DNA of 64,000 nt from Podarcis vaucheri (lineage: Eukaryota), in NCBI GenBank assembly GCA_965113315.1, contig OZ220364.1; one strand, written 5' to 3'. A program made the position numbers and the translations under genes. Below are positions 62,301-64,000 of this stretch, in pieces. Positions within the stretch are counted from its first letter, which is position 1; the number at the start of each line of letters is the position of its first letter. The notes under the pieces were generated by a model. It worked only from the letters and a program-made list of their open reading frames with translations. It ran no database searches and was not told the origin of the DNA.

Positions 62301-62624
62301 TTGAGATCCCTGTATGAAGTGGTGAGGATACTTTGTGCTCTCCTAAGGACCACCTGAGATTCCCTGCATGAAATAAACTGATTGCAAACATTCCTACCCT
62401 TATCTGGATTCCATAGAGCAATGGCTACCCAATGATTAAGATTTTTGTGTGACTTACAGGAGCTATCACAGATGCAAGGGCAGCTAAGTGACACCAGCAT
62501 CATCCTCTCAATGGACAACAACCGTGACCTGGACCTGGACAGCATCATTGCAGAAGTCAAAGCTCAGTATGAAGATATGGCCAATAGGAGTCGAGCAGAA
62601 GCAGATGCCATGTACCAAAGCAAG
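55890..62624 (+). CDS. Type II keratin gene 3 (resembles KRT71-74/KRT75 group), exons 1-5; remainder lies beyond the window
   Basis: join(55890-56369,59396-59610,60307-60367,62226-62321,62460-62624), open frame. Intron 3 is GC-AG. Motifs [26 protein letters not shown] and [13 protein letters not shown]. Confidence 0.93.
56859..57110 (+). mobile_element. tRNA-derived SINE (Squam3/CORE-like)
   Basis: A box TGGTGTAGTGG, B box GGTTCGCTTCC, GTGACCTTGGGC core, (CTT)n tail. Confidence 0.7.
58387..58612. mobile_element. Tigger-like MITE
   Basis: TA|CAGTGGTACCTC...GAGGTACCACTG|TA. Confidence 0.85.
58938..59322. mobile_element. hAT MITE, GC-rich
   Basis: TIR CAGTGGCGTAGCGTGGG / CCCACGCTACGCCGCTG; perfect 8-bp TSD CCTTGGCC. 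Confidence 0.88.
59396..59610 (+). CDS. Keratin gene 3 exon 2
   Basis: ctcag|[15 protein letters not shown]...EDFKR(R)|gtagg, 215 nt. Confidence 0.94.
60307..60367 (+). CDS. Keratin gene 3 exon 3
   Basis: aaaag|[20 protein letters not shown]|gcaagt (GC donor), 61 nt. Confidence 0.92.
61418..61834. other. Assembly gap (N run) in gene 3 intron 3
   Basis: 417 Ns. Confidence 1.
62226..62321 (+). CDS. Keratin gene 3 exon 4
   Basis: cccag|[32 protein letters not shown]|gtgag, 96 nt. Confidence 0.95.
62460..62624 (+). CDS. Keratin gene 3 exon 5
   Basis: tacag|[30 protein letters not shown]...ADAMYQSK|gtgtg, 165 nt. Confidence 0.95.
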
Positions 62625-62699
62625 GTGTGTACATCTGGCTTGGGCAAGTAACATGACAAGTGATGCAAGATGTGGCCATTAAAATGCCACTCGAATCCA

Positions 62700-63347
62700 T
62701 GTGAAACTTGACAAATTCATCCGAAGAAATTTGGACACCTGGAGCAGATTGAAGCTATCCTTTTTAGGAAGGATCTCTATAATAAAAATGAATGTGCTCC
62801 CCAAACTATTGTTTCTCTTTCAATCGATCCCGATACTGGGTGGGACGAACCGTCTCAGGGAATGGCAACGATATATTTCAAAATTCATCTGGTAGGGGAA
62901 GAGACCCAGAACAAAACACCTAGTCTTAATTGATATTAAGGACAGAGGAGGCTTCTCACTGCCAGATATAAGTCTGTACTCTGAGGCGGTCTGTTTCACC
63001 TGGTTGAGGGACTGGTGTTCATTGGGGAACCCAGACTTATTAGATCTTGAAGGATTTAATATCAGGTACGGTTGGCGTGCATACCTGATCTATGGAAAGT
63101 ACATAAGGACTTTATCAATCATATTATCATAAAACCCTTATTTAAAGTCTGGGAGAAATACAGAGACCTTCTAGAACAGAAGATGCCATGGTGGATCTCA
63201 CCAATTGAGGCAGTGGCTGTAAGGAGGAAAAACTCAAGTGGAAAGTGGCCCGTCTACTGAACATTACTTAAAGAAACTTGACAAATTCAAAATAGGAGAG
63301 TTAATGAGAATTTCCCAACTAAAAATAATTCCCGCAGTTAGAGCACT
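62700..63347 (+). mobile_element. Decayed L1/Tx1-type LINE ORF2 fragment
   Basis: WSRLKLSFLGRISIIKMNVLPKLLFLFQSIP...SKFIW*GK.PR...GGFSLPD, the post-RT region of L1-type ORF2; contains stops and frameshifts. Confidence 0.8.
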
Positions 63348-63667
63348 GTAAAGGTAAAGGGACCCCTGACCGTTAGGTCCAGTTGCAAACAACTCTGGGG
63401 TTGCGGTGGTCATCTCGCTATACTGGCCGAGGGAGCCGGCGTACAGCTTCCGGGTCATGTGGCCAGCATGACTAAGCTGCTTCTGTCAAACCAGAGCAGT
63501 GCACGGAAATGTCTTTTACCTTCCCGCCGGAGCGGTACCTATTTATCTACTTGCACTTGACGTGCTTTCGAACTGCTAGGTTGGCAGGACCAGGGACTGA
63601 GCAACGGGAGCTCACCCCATCACGGGGATTCGAACCGCCAACCTTCTGATTGGCAAGCCCTAGGCTC
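63348..63667 (-). mobile_element. Sauria SINE, slightly 5'-truncated
   Basis: Reverse complement of consensus. Confidence 0.85.
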
Positions 63668-64000
63668 ATGCTTTCTTGTTGCAAAGAAGAGCTCAAAACA
63701 ATAAAAATCTATTGACTTGCTTCTAAAAAAATATCTAGCCCACTCTTGTCTACTCTGGCTGGCTGCTATGGCTCCTCAAGGTCTTGGGCAGAGAGAGGGA
63801 GAGGGCTTTCTCATCACATGCCCCTTGATCCTATCGATTGGAGATGCCCAGGGACCTCCTGTATGTAAACACCTGCTTTGCCACTTAGCTAAGATCCTTC
63901 TTGTCTGGGAATTTCTGCATTCAAAAGCCAAAGTTGAGAATCTGAGCGGCACTCAAGATTCGGAAGGTTTTTTGTTTTATTGCTTCTTGCTTTTGCAATT

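Noticed and set aside
1-64000. CRISPR arrays, operons or other prokaryotic systems
   Set aside because: This is eukaryotic intron-containing DNA, and I saw no repeat-spacer arrays.

Overview
Vertebrate genomic DNA, almost certainly a squamate reptile and probably a lacertid lizard (Sauria SINEs with ACCTTT tails, Bov-B, CR1, L2). It is part of the type II (basic) keratin gene cluster, with three tandem + strand genes in the canonical 9-exon layout. Gene 1 is complete (8614-19207, 569 aa, KRT4/3/76-like). Gene 2 is complete (33722-44088, 655 aa, very Gly/Met-rich head and tail, with some KRT1-like rod signatures). Gene 3 has exons 1-5 only (55890 to beyond 62624) and resembles the mammalian KRT71-74 group. 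Introns and spacers are dense in transposons, and there are two assembly gaps. The most unusual items are: (i) two diverged solo LTRs (21935-22366, 25141-25597) sharing a colinear 110-codon frame whose differences are largely synonymous in its C-terminal part, i.e. an LTR-encoded Arg-rich peptide apparently under purifying selection; (ii) two palindromic Penelope-like insertions (633-bp and 75-bp arms), each carrying a minimal hammerhead-ribozyme motif; (iii) a GC-AG intron and a start-overlapping uORF in gene 3, and a promoter module shared by all three keratins. Paralog names come from recalled motif similarity, not a database search, so gene symbols are left empty.
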